Assembly: GCA_016188355.1 (NCBI GenBank)
Contig: JACPHY010000009.1
Location: forward strand, 1-55,654
DNA: 55,654 bases
Source of the DNA: Candidatus Uhrbacteria bacterium
GTDB taxonomy: Bacteria; Patescibacteriota; Patescibacteriia; JACPHY01
Direction: 5' to 3'
Made by a program: the position numbers and the translations under genes. Shown here in pieces: positions 9,179-18,734 of this stretch. Positions within the stretch are counted from its first letter, which is position 1, and each line of letters opens with the position of its first letter. The notes below the pieces were generated by a model. That model made no database searches. It saw only the letters and a list, made by a program, of their open reading frames with translations, and was not told where the DNA came from.

Positions 9179-9595
9179 ATGGGTATCCGTTCCACCCCAA
9201 CCCGAATCTGGCGCACCTGCATATTCCTCCTGCTGATCAACGGCGGCGCATACGCCTGTACGACGACCCATCGCATGGCGGTGGGGACGCAAATCACCTT
9301 CGCTGCTCGGGATTCCTTCACCCTCCGCCTCACGCTCCAGTGCTCTACCTGCACGTCGCTGGCGGATCTCAGTGCGTGGGGGCTCCAATGGGAGGCACAC
9401 CGGCGCATGACGCGCTCGGTTACCGCCACGCTCGCCACCCGCGTGGGACGCATCGCGGAACAGTGTACGATCACGGAAATCGATGCAATCGCATGCCGAG
9501 CAATTCCCCCGCCACTCACCTGCTCCGCACGCGCACGGGTCATCTGTCCCGAATACACCACCTGCGTCAGAAATAACCAACGGAGTTGCCGATGA
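9179..9595 (+). CDS. small Cys-rich secreted protein (signal peptide)
   Basis: AGGAG lies 8 nt before the ATG. N-terminus RIWRTCIFLLLINGGAYA; 10 Cys in 138 aa; GC-rich third positions. The stop overlaps the next start (ATGA at 9592-9595). Confidence 0.55.
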   Translation: MGIRSTPTRIWRTCIFLLLINGGAYACTTTHRMAVGTQITFAARDSFTLRLTLQCSTCTSLADLSAWGLQWEAHRRMTRSVTATLATRVGRIAEQCTITEIDAIACRAIPPPLTCSARARVICPEYTTCVRNNQRSCR

Positions 9596-10041
9596 TTCCG
9601 CTACTCCTCACGGTGGCAACCGCCACCTCGGCCCCTACTCCCTCCTCAGATGCACCACGCGCCATCCATGCCATCACACAGCTGGAATCTACGAACGGCG
9701 AAATGGACAGCGTCATCACGATGCGTCCGTGCAGTGCGCACCACGTCTGTAGCGCGTGGATCACGATCACTCCCACGCCGGCTCTCCTCGCGTGGTTCCA
9801 GCAATGGTATCCGCAAGCAGAGGGCCTGACGGATGCGTATGCGCTCACCTTCGAATCCACACTCCTGAACGCAATCGCGCGGCATCAACTCGAAATCCGC
9901 AGTCGCCAGGCATTGCCGTGCCACACGATCGCGAGCACCATCTTCCATGCGCCCATGCGCTGGCACACACCAAACGAGCTCCTCCTGCTGCTTCTCCCCA
10001 CCCACGCAGAAGTGATCGCCACATGCCCTCCTGCGCCATAG
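9592..10041 (+). CDS. small secreted protein (signal peptide)
   Basis: True ATG at 9592 (track start 9586 is TTG), with GGAG 6 nt upstream. MIPLLLTVATATSAP signal-like N-terminus. Coupled to the upstream ORF. Confidence 0.5.
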   Translation: MIPLLLTVATATSAPTPSSDAPRAIHAITQLESTNGEMDSVITMRPCSAHHVCSAWITITPTPALLAWFQQWYPQAEGLTDAYALTFESTLLNAIARHQLEIRSRQALPCHTIASTIFHAPMRWHTPNELLLLLLPTHAEVIATCPPAP

Positions 10042-10044
10042 CAT

Positions 10045-10080
10045 GCGCCCGCCCGGGAATCCCGGACGGGCGCATTTCTT
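10045..10080. terminator. bidirectional intrinsic terminator
   Basis: gcgcccgcccggg aat cccggacgggcgc hairpin (10045-10073) followed by atttctt. It sits between convergent genes ending at 10041 and 10095. Confidence 0.6.
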
Positions 10081-10094
10081 GTATTCCTTGTGGT

Positions 10095-11300
10095 TCATTC
10101 AGCGCCCGAGCTTACGGGCTGCACTTCCACCGTAACATTCGCCGAACGGAATGGGACGCGCTGCACCCAGAATGGCCAAAACGACACCTCGACGTCAGAT
10201 ACTCCAGGAATCGATCGTACGTACGTCTGCACTTCCGCCGCAGTAAATCCGGCAATACGGTTGGAAACAAATGACTGCGCGGAAGATTCCAGCAGCGCCG
10301 CTGCCTCGCCATGCACACGAACCAATGCACTTGCCGCATCATGACGAACGAGCTGCACCGTCATGGCGCGCATATCCACGTCCCCCAATGTACGATGCAA
10401 CGCGCTCGCCCGCTGCTCGAGCGCAGCACGGACGCGAGCCTGCAGCTGCGCACGAGGCACCACAAAGGCAACGGCGGTGGTGACTGCATCTACTCGAATC
10501 GCGGGAACCGATGCCCCCACGTCAGCGCTCGATGTGGCCCGTGATTCCTCATCCAAGAGGATAATCTCCTCCCCATCTCCCGCATTCGCCTCTGATCGTT
10601 TTCGTGCATCGGCACGCGCATGCGCAATGGCCTGACGCCGTGCAGCTGCCAAAAGTTCCTCCGTGACGATCGCCCCGGACGCACCTCCTGGCGCGGTCGT
10701 ATCCGCGCCCACTCCACCGGTCATTGGCTCTGCCGATTCTGCCCAAATGCGCTCCTGTAACCATGGGGAGAGTCCCGGAATCGTCCACTTCGCCGGCCCA
10801 ACGTTCCCGCCAGTGCCCACGCGATCCGCGATCACCGGCACTCGTTCCACGCGTCCGCGCGCGGGGATCACCACGCTGCGCGTCAGCCGAAACAACGCAC
10901 CATCCGGCGCAAGAAGCCGCGTGCGCGCCACGAGCGCCTGCGAGGTGGATTGCGTATTGATCAACGTCACGACGCCCTGCGCATGCGCAGGGGTCTTTGC
11001 GGCACCAGCCGGTACCGGCGTCCCCCCCAATTCCGTCGCAAGCTCCATGGACCCCGTCCCATCCACCCGCACCACACGGCCCACAATCGCCCCCGCATCC
11101 GCTGCGGTCGATGCGGTAACCAATGGTATTTCCACGTCCACACGAACCGGCTCCGGACGAACAACGAGCACGACCCGCACGCGAGCCAAGGAGGTGAGCA
11201 CCATGCCCAATGCTGCGACTCCAACCATGACGAAAAATACTCCTGCGAGCCAATAGAATCGTCGGAAAGATACGCGCGGAGGAGATGCACGTGGCGACAT
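10095..11300 (-). CDS. membrane-anchored hypothetical protein (single N-terminal TM, beta-rich ectodomain)
   Basis: FYWLAGVFFVMVGVAALGMVLTSL TM segment; 401 aa; 42 nt downstream of dnaE on the same strand. It resembles the N-anchored proteins often labelled baseplate-J-like in CPR genomes (weak recollection, not verified). Confidence 0.6.
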   Translation of the reverse strand: MSPRASPPRVSFRRFYWLAGVFFVMVGVAALGMVLTSLARVRVVLVVRPEPVRVDVEIPLVTASTAADAGAIVGRVVRVDGTGSMELATELGGTPVPAGAAKTPAHAQGVVTLINTQSTSQALVARTRLLAPDGALFRLTRSVVIPARGRVERVPVIADRVGTGGNVGPAKWTIPGLSPWLQERIWAESAEPMTGGVGADTTAPGGASGAIVTEELLAAARRQAIAHARADARKRSEANAGDGEEIILLDEESRATSSADVGASVPAIRVDAVTTAVAFVVPRAQLQARVRAALEQRASALHRTLGDVDMRAMTVQLVRHDAASALVRVHGEAAALLESSAQSFVSNRIAGFTAAEVQTYVRSIPGVSDVEVSFWPFWVQRVPFRSANVTVEVQPVSSGAE

Positions 11301-11342
11301 AGAACAACGGCCTCAACAACGTAACCGTCAGTATACCATGAA

Positions 11343-14300
11343 TCACCCCGTGGCCTGCGCCGGTGCTCCGGCGACCGACTCCTCGGTACAGCAATCCACA
11401 CCCACCAACGCCGTTACCGCATCCCGAAAATCCCCCGTACATGCGACCGAGCATCCTGTGCTCACCACACTACCATTCGCTACCCGGAGACGGACGGACA
11501 TCGATCCAGGAAACCGCAGCAGGAGATCGCGCAATGCGGGGAGCCGATCTTGAGAAAACGTTGCGGGCAACTGAATCAGCAGACGCCGCTGCTCTCTCGC
11601 GCCAGGAACTCCGGGCGCCGGGCGGACGCCGATCGCACCCAGCGCATCCCGTTCTCGTCCCGGCAGCACCTGCACCGCATGGTCCGCAAGAATTTTCGGC
11701 GTCCCGTCTTTTTCGGAACATTTTCCCCGCACCAACGCCAACGTTTCCGCCAGCCACACTTGCGGCGTTGCGGTGAGCACCCGCGGGAACACCACCACCT
11801 CAATTGCGCCCGTCGCGTCCTCCAATTCCGCAAACAACATTGCCTCCCCATTTTTCGTCACAATACGTTTCACGCGAGTCATTGCTCCCCCAATGACCAC
11901 ATCCGACCTCCCTCCCCGCTTCACTTCGGCGATAGGAACCACGGTTGCACCTAGGAGCTGACTCGTCGCAGCGAACGGATGTGCGGTGAGGTAGAATCCC
12001 AGGAGCTCGCGTTCCCAGGAGAGGCGGAGTCGCTGGGGAGCAGCATCCGCAGGCGCGAGTCGCAGGGCATTTGCGACACCCATCATGCCGAAGAGGTTCT
12101 CCTGGCCCGCCGCACGATCGCGCGTGACCGCCCGATGATGCGCGAGCAGTGCATCGATGTTCGCAAGCAATTGCCCCCGCTCGCCAAAGGCATCCAACGT
12201 GCCCGCCTGGATGAGACTCTCCAGGGACTTTTTGTTAAAGTCCTTATCCTCCATCCGCGCCAAGAAATCCTCGAGATCACGGAATCTCCCGTGCGCATCG
12301 CGCTCCCGGACGATTGCTTCCACGAGATGCTCTCCCACGTTCTTGATCGCAGCCAACCCGAAACGAATTGCCGGGCCCATCGCCGCACGATCCACCACCG
12401 TAAAAAGCTGCGCACTTTCGTTTACCTCGGGACCAAGCACCGTCATGCCCATTTCCCGGCACTCCTGAATGAGAATCGTCAGCCGATCCGTGTTGCCGCG
12501 CTCCGCGGTGAGCAGCGCCGCCATAAACTCCGGCGCGAAATGCGCTTTGAGATACGCCGTCTGGTACGCAATGAGCGCGTAGCATGCCGCATGGGAACGA
12601 TTGAATCCGTATCGTGCGAACGGTTCAATCCATTCCCAAATTTTCGCCGCAACCTTTGGTCCAATGCCGTTCCGAATCATGCCCGCAATCAGCTTCTCTC
12701 GCTGCTCATCCAGGAGGGACTTGATCTTCTTGCCGACCGCTTTCCGTAACGTATCAGCTTCGGACATGGAGAATCCGCCCAGCACCCGCGCGAGCTGCAT
12801 GAGCTGCTCCTGGTAGACCATGATGCCGTACGTATTCCGCAAAATGGGCTCCAATGCCGGCAGCAGATACTCGACTGGCTTCCTCCCGAATTTCCGATCA
12901 ATGTACTCCGGAATGAGCTCCATGGGCCCTGGGCGATAGAGCGCCACCATGGCGATGATGTCTTCGAACTGCGACGGCTTCAGCTCTTTGAGGTAGCGCT
13001 TCATGCCTCCGGATTCGAGCTGAAAGACACCGGTCGTTTCTCCCCGCTGGAGCAGCGCGTACGTGGGACCATCGTCGAGCGGAAGCTGCTCGAGGTTGAT
13101 CGCCCCTCCCCGTGCACGAATCATGTGCACCGCATGTTCCATGATCGAAAGGTTCGAGAGTCCCAAGAAATCCATTTTGAGGAGACCGAGTGCCTCCACC
13201 GCATGCATTTCATACTGTGTCACAATCGTTGCATCATCGGCGGATGCGCGCTGGATCGGCGTATTCCGCACGAGCGGCTCCGCGGCAATCACCACGCCGC
13301 ATGCATGCGTCGAGGTATGCCGCGACGCACCTTCCAGCCGCTGTCCAATCGCGAATAGCCGCTGCGTCGTTTCATCGGCGGCTGCTAATTCCTGCAGCTC
13401 GGGGATATCACGCAACGCCTCCTCCAGCGATGCCTGCATGGGGATCAACTTGGCGAGCCGATCACAGAACTGCAGCGGAATATCGAGCACCCGACCCACA
13501 TCGCGCACCGAAGCGCGCGCTGCCATGGTTCCGAAGGTGATAATTTGCGCAACGCAATCCTCACCATATTTCGACTGCACGTATCGAATGACCTCATCGC
13601 GACGATGATCTGCAAAATCGATATCAATATCCGGCATTTGAATACGCCCGGGCGCCAAGAATCGCTCGAAGAGGAGGTCGTACGCAAGCGGGTCCAGGTT
13701 GGTGATATTCGTGAGGTAACTCACGATGGAGCCCGCCGCACTGCCGCGACCAGGACCCACGACGATCCCCTGCCCCTTCGCCCAATTCACGAAGTCCTGC
13801 ACGATCAAGAAGTACGAGGAGAGACCCATTTGGGCGATTACGCCGAGCTCATATTCGAGACGCTCCGTGGCGCGTCCGCGGAGCGCGTCGGTCGCATACC
13901 GCTTCGTCAACCCATCCACACAGAGCTCCCGAAGGTGCGACTCGTTGGTTGCACCCGCAGGTAGCGCGAACCGCGGCAGGAGAATTTTTCCAAGTTCGAG
14001 TTGGCAATCGCATTTCGCAGCAATCTCGAGCGTGCGCTCGATCGCATCCGGGTGCTCCGAAAACAGGAGCGCCATTTCGTGCGCACTCCGAAGGCTGTAA
14101 TTCTCTCCCAGCATGGTCATGCGATCGCGGTCGGATTGCTTCGCTTTTGTTTGGAGACAGAGCAGCACATCTTGCGCCTCCGCATCTGCAGGCTGCAGGT
14201 AGTGCACATCGTTCGTCGCCACGAGCGGCACGCCGTGTCGGCGACCAAGCTCCACCAGCGCCGCGTTCACCTTCGCCTGCTCAGACCCCTCGCTGCGATG

Positions 14301-14831
14301 TTGCATTTCCAAATAAAAATCCTCCCCGAATCGCTCGCGGTACCGACGGACCGCCGCGTCGGCCTCGTCGCGCCGCCCCTCGCGAATCAGGTGGGGAATC
14401 TCTCCACTCAAACACCCAGAGAGCACGATCAATCCTTCACCGAATTGCTCGAGCAGCTCCCAGTCAATGCGTGGCTTGTAGTAAAATCCTTCGAGGTGCG
14501 CTCGCGTGGTCAATTGGAGCAGGTTCTGATATCCCAAACGGTTTTTCGCAAGGAGCACGATGTGCGTATACGCGCGCTCTCCAGGCTGCCGCTCGCGATC
14601 GTGCCGACTCCGCGGCGCGAGGTACGCCTCAATACCGAGAATGGGTTTCACCCCCGCTTTCGTGGCTACCTTATAGAATTCGATCGCACCATACATGGCG
14701 CCATGATCGGTCAATGCGACCGCCGGCTGACCATCTGCTTTTGCTGCCGCCACCAGCTCATCGAGACGGGTAAGTCCGTCGAGGAGCGAGTAGTGCGAAT
14801 GGACATGGAGATGGACAAACGATTGCGCCAT
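11343..14831 (-). CDS. dnaE: DNA polymerase III alpha subunit
   Basis: MAQSFVHLHVHSHYSLLDG PHP domain; 1162 aa with polymerase core and OB-fold tail. Confidence 0.95.
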   Translation of the reverse strand: MAQSFVHLHVHSHYSLLDGLTRLDELVAAAKADGQPAVALTDHGAMYGAIEFYKVATKAGVKPILGIEAYLAPRSRHDRERQPGERAYTHIVLLAKNRLGYQNLLQLTTRAHLEGFYYKPRIDWELLEQFGEGLIVLSGCLSGEIPHLIREGRRDEADAAVRRYRERFGEDFYLEMQHRSEGSEQAKVNAALVELGRRHGVPLVATNDVHYLQPADAEAQDVLLCLQTKAKQSDRDRMTMLGENYSLRSAHEMALLFSEHPDAIERTLEIAAKCDCQLELGKILLPRFALPAGATNESHLRELCVDGLTKRYATDALRGRATERLEYELGVIAQMGLSSYFLIVQDFVNWAKGQGIVVGPGRGSAAGSIVSYLTNITNLDPLAYDLLFERFLAPGRIQMPDIDIDFADHRRDEVIRYVQSKYGEDCVAQIITFGTMAARASVRDVGRVLDIPLQFCDRLAKLIPMQASLEEALRDIPELQELAAADETTQRLFAIGQRLEGASRHTSTHACGVVIAAEPLVRNTPIQRASADDATIVTQYEMHAVEALGLLKMDFLGLSNLSIMEHAVHMIRARGGAINLEQLPLDDGPTYALLQRGETTGVFQLESGGMKRYLKELKPSQFEDIIAMVALYRPGPMELIPEYIDRKFGRKPVEYLLPALEPILRNTYGIMVYQEQLMQLARVLGGFSMSEADTLRKAVGKKIKSLLDEQREKLIAGMIRNGIGPKVAAKIWEWIEPFARYGFNRSHAACYALIAYQTAYLKAHFAPEFMAALLTAERGNTDRLTILIQECREMGMTVLGPEVNESAQLFTVVDRAAMGPAIRFGLAAIKNVGEHLVEAIVRERDAHGRFRDLEDFLARMEDKDFNKKSLESLIQAGTLDAFGERGQLLANIDALLAHHRAVTRDRAAGQENLFGMMGVANALRLAPADAAPQRLRLSWERELLGFYLTAHPFAATSQLLGATVVPIAEVKRGGRSDVVIGGAMTRVKRIVTKNGEAMLFAELEDATGAIEVVVFPRVLTATPQVWLAETLALVRGKCSEKDGTPKILADHAVQVLPGRERDALGAIGVRPAPGVPGAREQRRLLIQLPATFSQDRLPALRDLLLRFPGSMSVRLRVANGSVVSTGCSVACTGDFRDAVTALVGVDCCTEESVAGAPAQATG

Positions 14832-14903
14832 AGATCACCACTAGCATAGCAATGCGCATGCCGCGTCGCATCCTCCATCGCCCAGGTCGTCGACCTGCTC
14901 GCA

Positions 14904-15166
14904 TTGACAGAAATCCCTGCCCATGAAATACTAAGGATACCTTACGTTTTTTGGCGCAGTTTCGATCTTTTCGGAAGCCGGACCCCTCCCCGGCCTGAGA
15001 ACTCCCAGGGTACGTCGTGCCTCGCAGGCACGCTCCACCGCGCGCTCACTAGCGCCGACCCCCTCCCGGCATGGTGCGGCGTACCCTGGGAGCCTTCTCA
15101 CTTCCTCCCGCTGACTGCTCGAACCCATCACCGCCCGCGCATCCGGATGCGCGGGCATTTCTTTAT
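14904..15166 (+). other. structured intergenic element (candidate sRNA on the plus strand, or dnaE leader on the minus strand)
   Basis: TTGACA (14904-14909)-N17-AATACT on the plus strand. A long-range helix pairs 14973-15014 with 15080-15105 (ggaa/ttcc, tgagaa/ttctca, ctcccagggtacg/cgtaccctgggag). Nested hairpins gccgg..ccggc (14977-14994) and cgtgcc..ggcacg (15016-15032). Ends with a palindromic hairpin plus T-tract. Confidence 0.35.
15133..15166 (+). terminator. perfect 24-nt palindrome plus T-rich tail
   Basis: gcccgcgcatcc/ggatgcgcgggc (15133-15156) followed by atttctttat. The T-tract is only on the plus-strand side although both flanking genes are on the minus strand. Confidence 0.45.
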
Positions 15167-15188
15167 ACCGCACGTCCATTTTTGTGCA

Positions 15189-17747
15189 CTATGTCCGCAA
15201 GGTCGCACCCAACTGCGACTGCAACTGTGCCGCAATAGCCTCCCCCGCCGCATCCACCTCCTCAGCGGTCAGCGTACGATCCGCGGCGAACGTTAAATGG
15301 AAGGCGAGACTCTTCATGCCACTCGGAACCCCCTCGCCCGCGTAGGAGTCAAAATATGCGCAGGTTGAAAGCAGCGGATGCGCAGACGCAATGACACGTA
15401 CCACATCAGCATATGTGGTACGACGATCCACTACTACCGCGATATCCCGCTTGATCGCAGGAAAAGCCGACGGCGCACGCAGAACAGTAGGCGCACCGCC
15501 AGTCGCAATGCATGCAGCCCAATCCAGATCCGCAAGAGCAACCCGCGTCGGTATTCCTGCCGCTTCGAGTACCGCAGGATGCAACTCTCCCAGCGTCCCC
15601 ACGAGCACCCCTGCAACCACCACGTCCATCGTTCGCCCCGGATGCCAAAGACAAAAACCCGAAGGGAGATTACAGGAAGTCGCCGGCGTAAACTCGATCC
15701 CACGAACTCCCAACTGCGCCGCGCAATGCTCCACCATGCCCTTCACCTGTAGCACGATCTCTCCCGATGTGGATCGATCATATGCGGCAATTGCCAACCG
15801 CAATTCCTCGCGCGGCAGCCGCTGCTCTCTCGTACGTGCGTGTCCCTTCCGCAGCGATGCACTGTTCGCTGTTTGGGGGATATAGACGTTTGCCAATTCA
15901 AATACCGCGCCCTTCGCGAGCACCGGCGCGTTGGCGGCCACCACCGGCAACAGCGTCGGGATCAGCGACGGACGGAGCAGGGAAAATTCTTCAGAAAGCG
16001 GGTTCTCCAGTTGCACGCACTGCTCCGGCACGAATCCACAACGTGCAATAACCGACGCACTCGTGAGCGCGTAGGTGGCAATCTCGGTGGCGCCGATATC
16101 CGCAAGTACGGTTTTCACCCGATACTCTCCATCAAACTCCGTTTGTGGGGGTGCGGGCGGCAAGACATCGATCGGCAGCTGGCCGATCGGCAGTGTGGCG
16201 GGAATGCGGTGATACCCATACACCCGCGCCACTTCCTCCACGAGATCATGCACGCCAGTACAATCGGCCGCCCGCCACCATGGCGGCGTCACCTGCCAGG
16301 CCGATCCCCGCGCACGCACGGTACATCCGAGTGCCGTCAAGGTGCGCCGCGTCTCCGTGGCTCGCAAGGAAACCCCCAGAGCAGCCGCCGCATCGGTAGG
16401 TCGGAACGAGATGGGCCTTGGTTTTGGCATCGGCGCACCCACGATCGTCCGCGCCTCGAGCACTCCTCCCGCCACTTCGAGCAGCAGCGACGCTGCGCGA
16501 TCCAGGACTGCATCCACGCTCGCCTGCGGGATACCTTTCTCAAACCGTGCCACCGCATCCGTACGCAATGCGAGTCGTCGCGCCGTTGCACGGACACGCA
16601 CCGGATCAAACACCGCACACTCCAGCACGACATCCTGCGTGGATGCTGATACGCCCGTTTCCGCTCCTCCGATCATGCCCGCAAGCGCGATCGGACGCTC
16701 TGCATCGGCAATAACGAGATCTGCTCCCGTCAATGCGTATACGCGCGCATCGAGTGCGTGCAATTGCTCCCCCGCACGTGCGCGCCGCACCACGATTTCC
16801 GCCGCACCGCTGCGCTGCGCCCGTGTGTCCCGACGTAGGGTCGCTACATCAAATGCGTGCATCGGATGACCGTACGCGAGCAAGGCATAGTTGGTCACGT
16901 CAACGATATTCGATATCGGCTGCACGCCGGCGGTGAGGAGGCGTCGTCGTAGCCACCAGGGAGCAGGAGCATGCGTCACCCCCGTGATCCGCACCGCCCC
17001 ATACCGTGGACACCCGAGACGATCCTCCAGGCGTATCGCGAGAGGGGCACGCACCGAACGCGGCACGCGAATCGGCCGAATCGCCGACTTCCGCAGTGCA
17101 CACCCCGTCACCACCGCCACTTCCCGCGCAAGCCCCTCAATGCCGAGCAAATCGGTCCGATTCGTCGTTATTTCAATATCGAACACCACATCATCCATCC
17201 CCAGCGCCCGCGCGATCGGCATACCCACGAGCGCGTCCGACGAAGATCGCGACTCCGATTCCAGGAACGTGCAATCCAAAATTTCCCGCTCTCCCTCCGC
17301 AGGGAACCAGGTCCCCAGTCCGATTTCGGAGGCCGCGCAAATCATGCCCTCACTCCGGACGCCGCGAATTTCGGTCGGAGCAAGTTCCACGAGTTCCCCC
17401 TGCCCATGCCATCGCACGCGGGCACCGGGCATCGCATACGCGACGAGCATTCCTCCATGGAGATTCGTGCCGCCGCACACCACCGGTACGGTGCGCGTCC
17501 GAGTTGCTCGCCCACGCGACGATGTTGCCGCATGCAATGCAACCTGCGCGACCTGCAACTTATCTGCGTTCGGATGTGCAGCAAGCTCCACAATCCGGCC
17601 GACCACTACACGATCAAGATTCGCATCCAGGCGATGCAGGCGTTCGACGCTCACGCTATGCAACGAAAGCTGGCTCGCCAGCTCCTCCGGAGATAACGTC
17701 ACGTCCACAAATTCGCGCAGCCATTGATAGGAAACCTGAAGATCCAT
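15189..17747 (-). CDS. pheT: phenylalanine--tRNA ligase beta subunit
   Basis: ATG at 17747 gives MDLQVSYQWLREFV, a typical PheT N-terminus. tRNA-binding OB (AAHPNADKLQV), B3/4, B5 and FDX-ACB-like tail. An alternative ATG at 17798 adds 17 aa. Confidence 0.9.
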   Translation of the reverse strand: MDLQVSYQWLREFVDVTLSPEELASQLSLHSVSVERLHRLDANLDRVVVGRIVELAAHPNADKLQVAQVALHAATSSRGRATRTRTVPVVCGGTNLHGGMLVAYAMPGARVRWHGQGELVELAPTEIRGVRSEGMICAASEIGLGTWFPAEGEREILDCTFLESESRSSSDALVGMPIARALGMDDVVFDIEITTNRTDLLGIEGLAREVAVVTGCALRKSAIRPIRVPRSVRAPLAIRLEDRLGCPRYGAVRITGVTHAPAPWWLRRRLLTAGVQPISNIVDVTNYALLAYGHPMHAFDVATLRRDTRAQRSGAAEIVVRRARAGEQLHALDARVYALTGADLVIADAERPIALAGMIGGAETGVSASTQDVVLECAVFDPVRVRATARRLALRTDAVARFEKGIPQASVDAVLDRAASLLLEVAGGVLEARTIVGAPMPKPRPISFRPTDAAAALGVSLRATETRRTLTALGCTVRARGSAWQVTPPWWRAADCTGVHDLVEEVARVYGYHRIPATLPIGQLPIDVLPPAPPQTEFDGEYRVKTVLADIGATEIATYALTSASVIARCGFVPEQCVQLENPLSEEFSLLRPSLIPTLLPVVAANAPVLAKGAVFELANVYIPQTANSASLRKGHARTREQRLPREELRLAIAAYDRSTSGEIVLQVKGMVEHCAAQLGVRGIEFTPATSCNLPSGFCLWHPGRTMDVVVAGVLVGTLGELHPAVLEAAGIPTRVALADLDWAACIATGGAPTVLRAPSAFPAIKRDIAVVVDRRTTYADVVRVIASAHPLLSTCAYFDSYAGEGVPSGMKSLAFHLTFAADRTLTAEEVDAAGEAIAAQLQSQLGATLRT

Positions 17748-17864
17748 ACGTGAACGTAAAAACGCAATCGTGTCTCCATTGATATCACTTCCCGTCATCG
17801 CAAACCACCCACGAAGACTTGCTTTTCGCTATGGCACCAACGGAACAGCCGCATGGGGAGTGGA

Positions 17865-18734
17865 TCATTTAGGGTCGATCGTTCCGGCAATTTTCGTGGC
17901 GCGAATCGCTCGCTCCGCGAGTCGACGCGCGATGGCGAAACGCGGCGAACGACGCGGCTCCCCCAAAGTCACCACGATTGCACGTGAGCCGGTTTTCGGA
18001 TCACGAATCAACATGGCGATCGTGTCCCCCGCCTCATGCAAATATCCCGTCTTCGATGCCTCAGTCGCAAATCGCTGCCACTGCTTGAGCAGGATATTCG
18101 TGTGCGCAAATTGCCGCGGAGACGTTCGGCCATTGCGTGCAGTGACCGTAACCGTTGCCCGACTCCGTGCGAGCATGGACCGAATCTCCGGGTATTCCAA
18201 TGCTGCCGCAAATGTCCGAGCGACCTCCGCCGCGGTGGACACATTCGCCGGATCAAGACCATGTACATCAACGAATTTCGTGTGTCGCAATCCCAGGGCC
18301 CGCGCCTTCGTGTTCATCGCTGCAATAAACTCCCGCTCCGTATACGGCGTCAAATCTACCAACATGCGCGCGGGAATATTCTGCGACCCCACCAACAACG
18401 CCAGGAAGAGATCCCGTCCCTGCAGCCGATCACCGCGCGCAAAATGCATCCAATTCCGATACGCGTAATGCCGAGCAGGGTCGTACGCAACCGAACGATC
18501 GAGATCCACGCGGGCATCGAGGAGCACCATCGCCGTCGTCAGCTTCGTCAACGACGCAATGGGGCGCGGGAGGTCCGCGCGCGTCGACTGGACCACCGCT
18601 CCGGTGTCTAAGCGCTCCACATACGACGAGGTGGGCACGACCGCAGGAGCCGCCGCATACCCCATCGACGGCATCGCCCATCCCACCACGAACACGCTCA
18701 TGCCTATCCCAAAAAGGACGGCTCGGTTCCTCAT
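17865..18734 (-). CDS. serine-type D-Ala-D-Ala carboxypeptidase (PBP5/6-like, S11)
   Basis: Signal/TM N-terminus; SLTK (SxxK), SQN (SxN) and KTGY (KTG) motifs in order. The start overlaps the pheS stop (ATGA at 18731-18734). Confidence 0.8.
   Translation of the reverse strand: MRNRAVLFGIGMSVFVVGWAMPSMGYAAAPAVVPTSSYVERLDTGAVVQSTRADLPRPIASLTKLTTAMVLLDARVDLDRSVAYDPARHYAYRNWMHFARGDRLQGRDLFLALLVGSQNIPARMLVDLTPYTEREFIAAMNTKARALGLRHTKFVDVHGLDPANVSTAAEVARTFAAALEYPEIRSMLARSRATVTVTARNGRTSPRQFAHTNILLKQWQRFATEASKTGYLHEAGDTIAMLIRDPKTGSRAIVVTLGEPRRSPRFAIARRLAERAIRATKIAGTIDPK

Noticed and set aside
14941-15120. Resemblance of the minus-strand strings GGGAGGAAGU...GGCUCC and GGUCCGGCUUCC to the RNase P RNA P4 strands (GAGGAAAGUCCGGGCUCC / CCCGGCUUA).
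   Set aside because: The two strings pair with each other as part of one continuous hairpin rather than forming a P4 pseudoknot. The AAAGUCC core is not intact, and the spacer is too short for a full RNase P RNA. SRP, tmRNA, TPP and cobalamin cores were also not found.
14931-15179. 82-codon minus-strand ORF (MDVRYKEMPAHPD...) starting 9 nt after the pheT stop.
   Set aside because: It has no SD, and its sequence is charged and disordered-looking. The region is dominated by long-range base pairing and hairpins, so an RNA element seems more likely. It is kept as the alternative under the structured-spacer finding.
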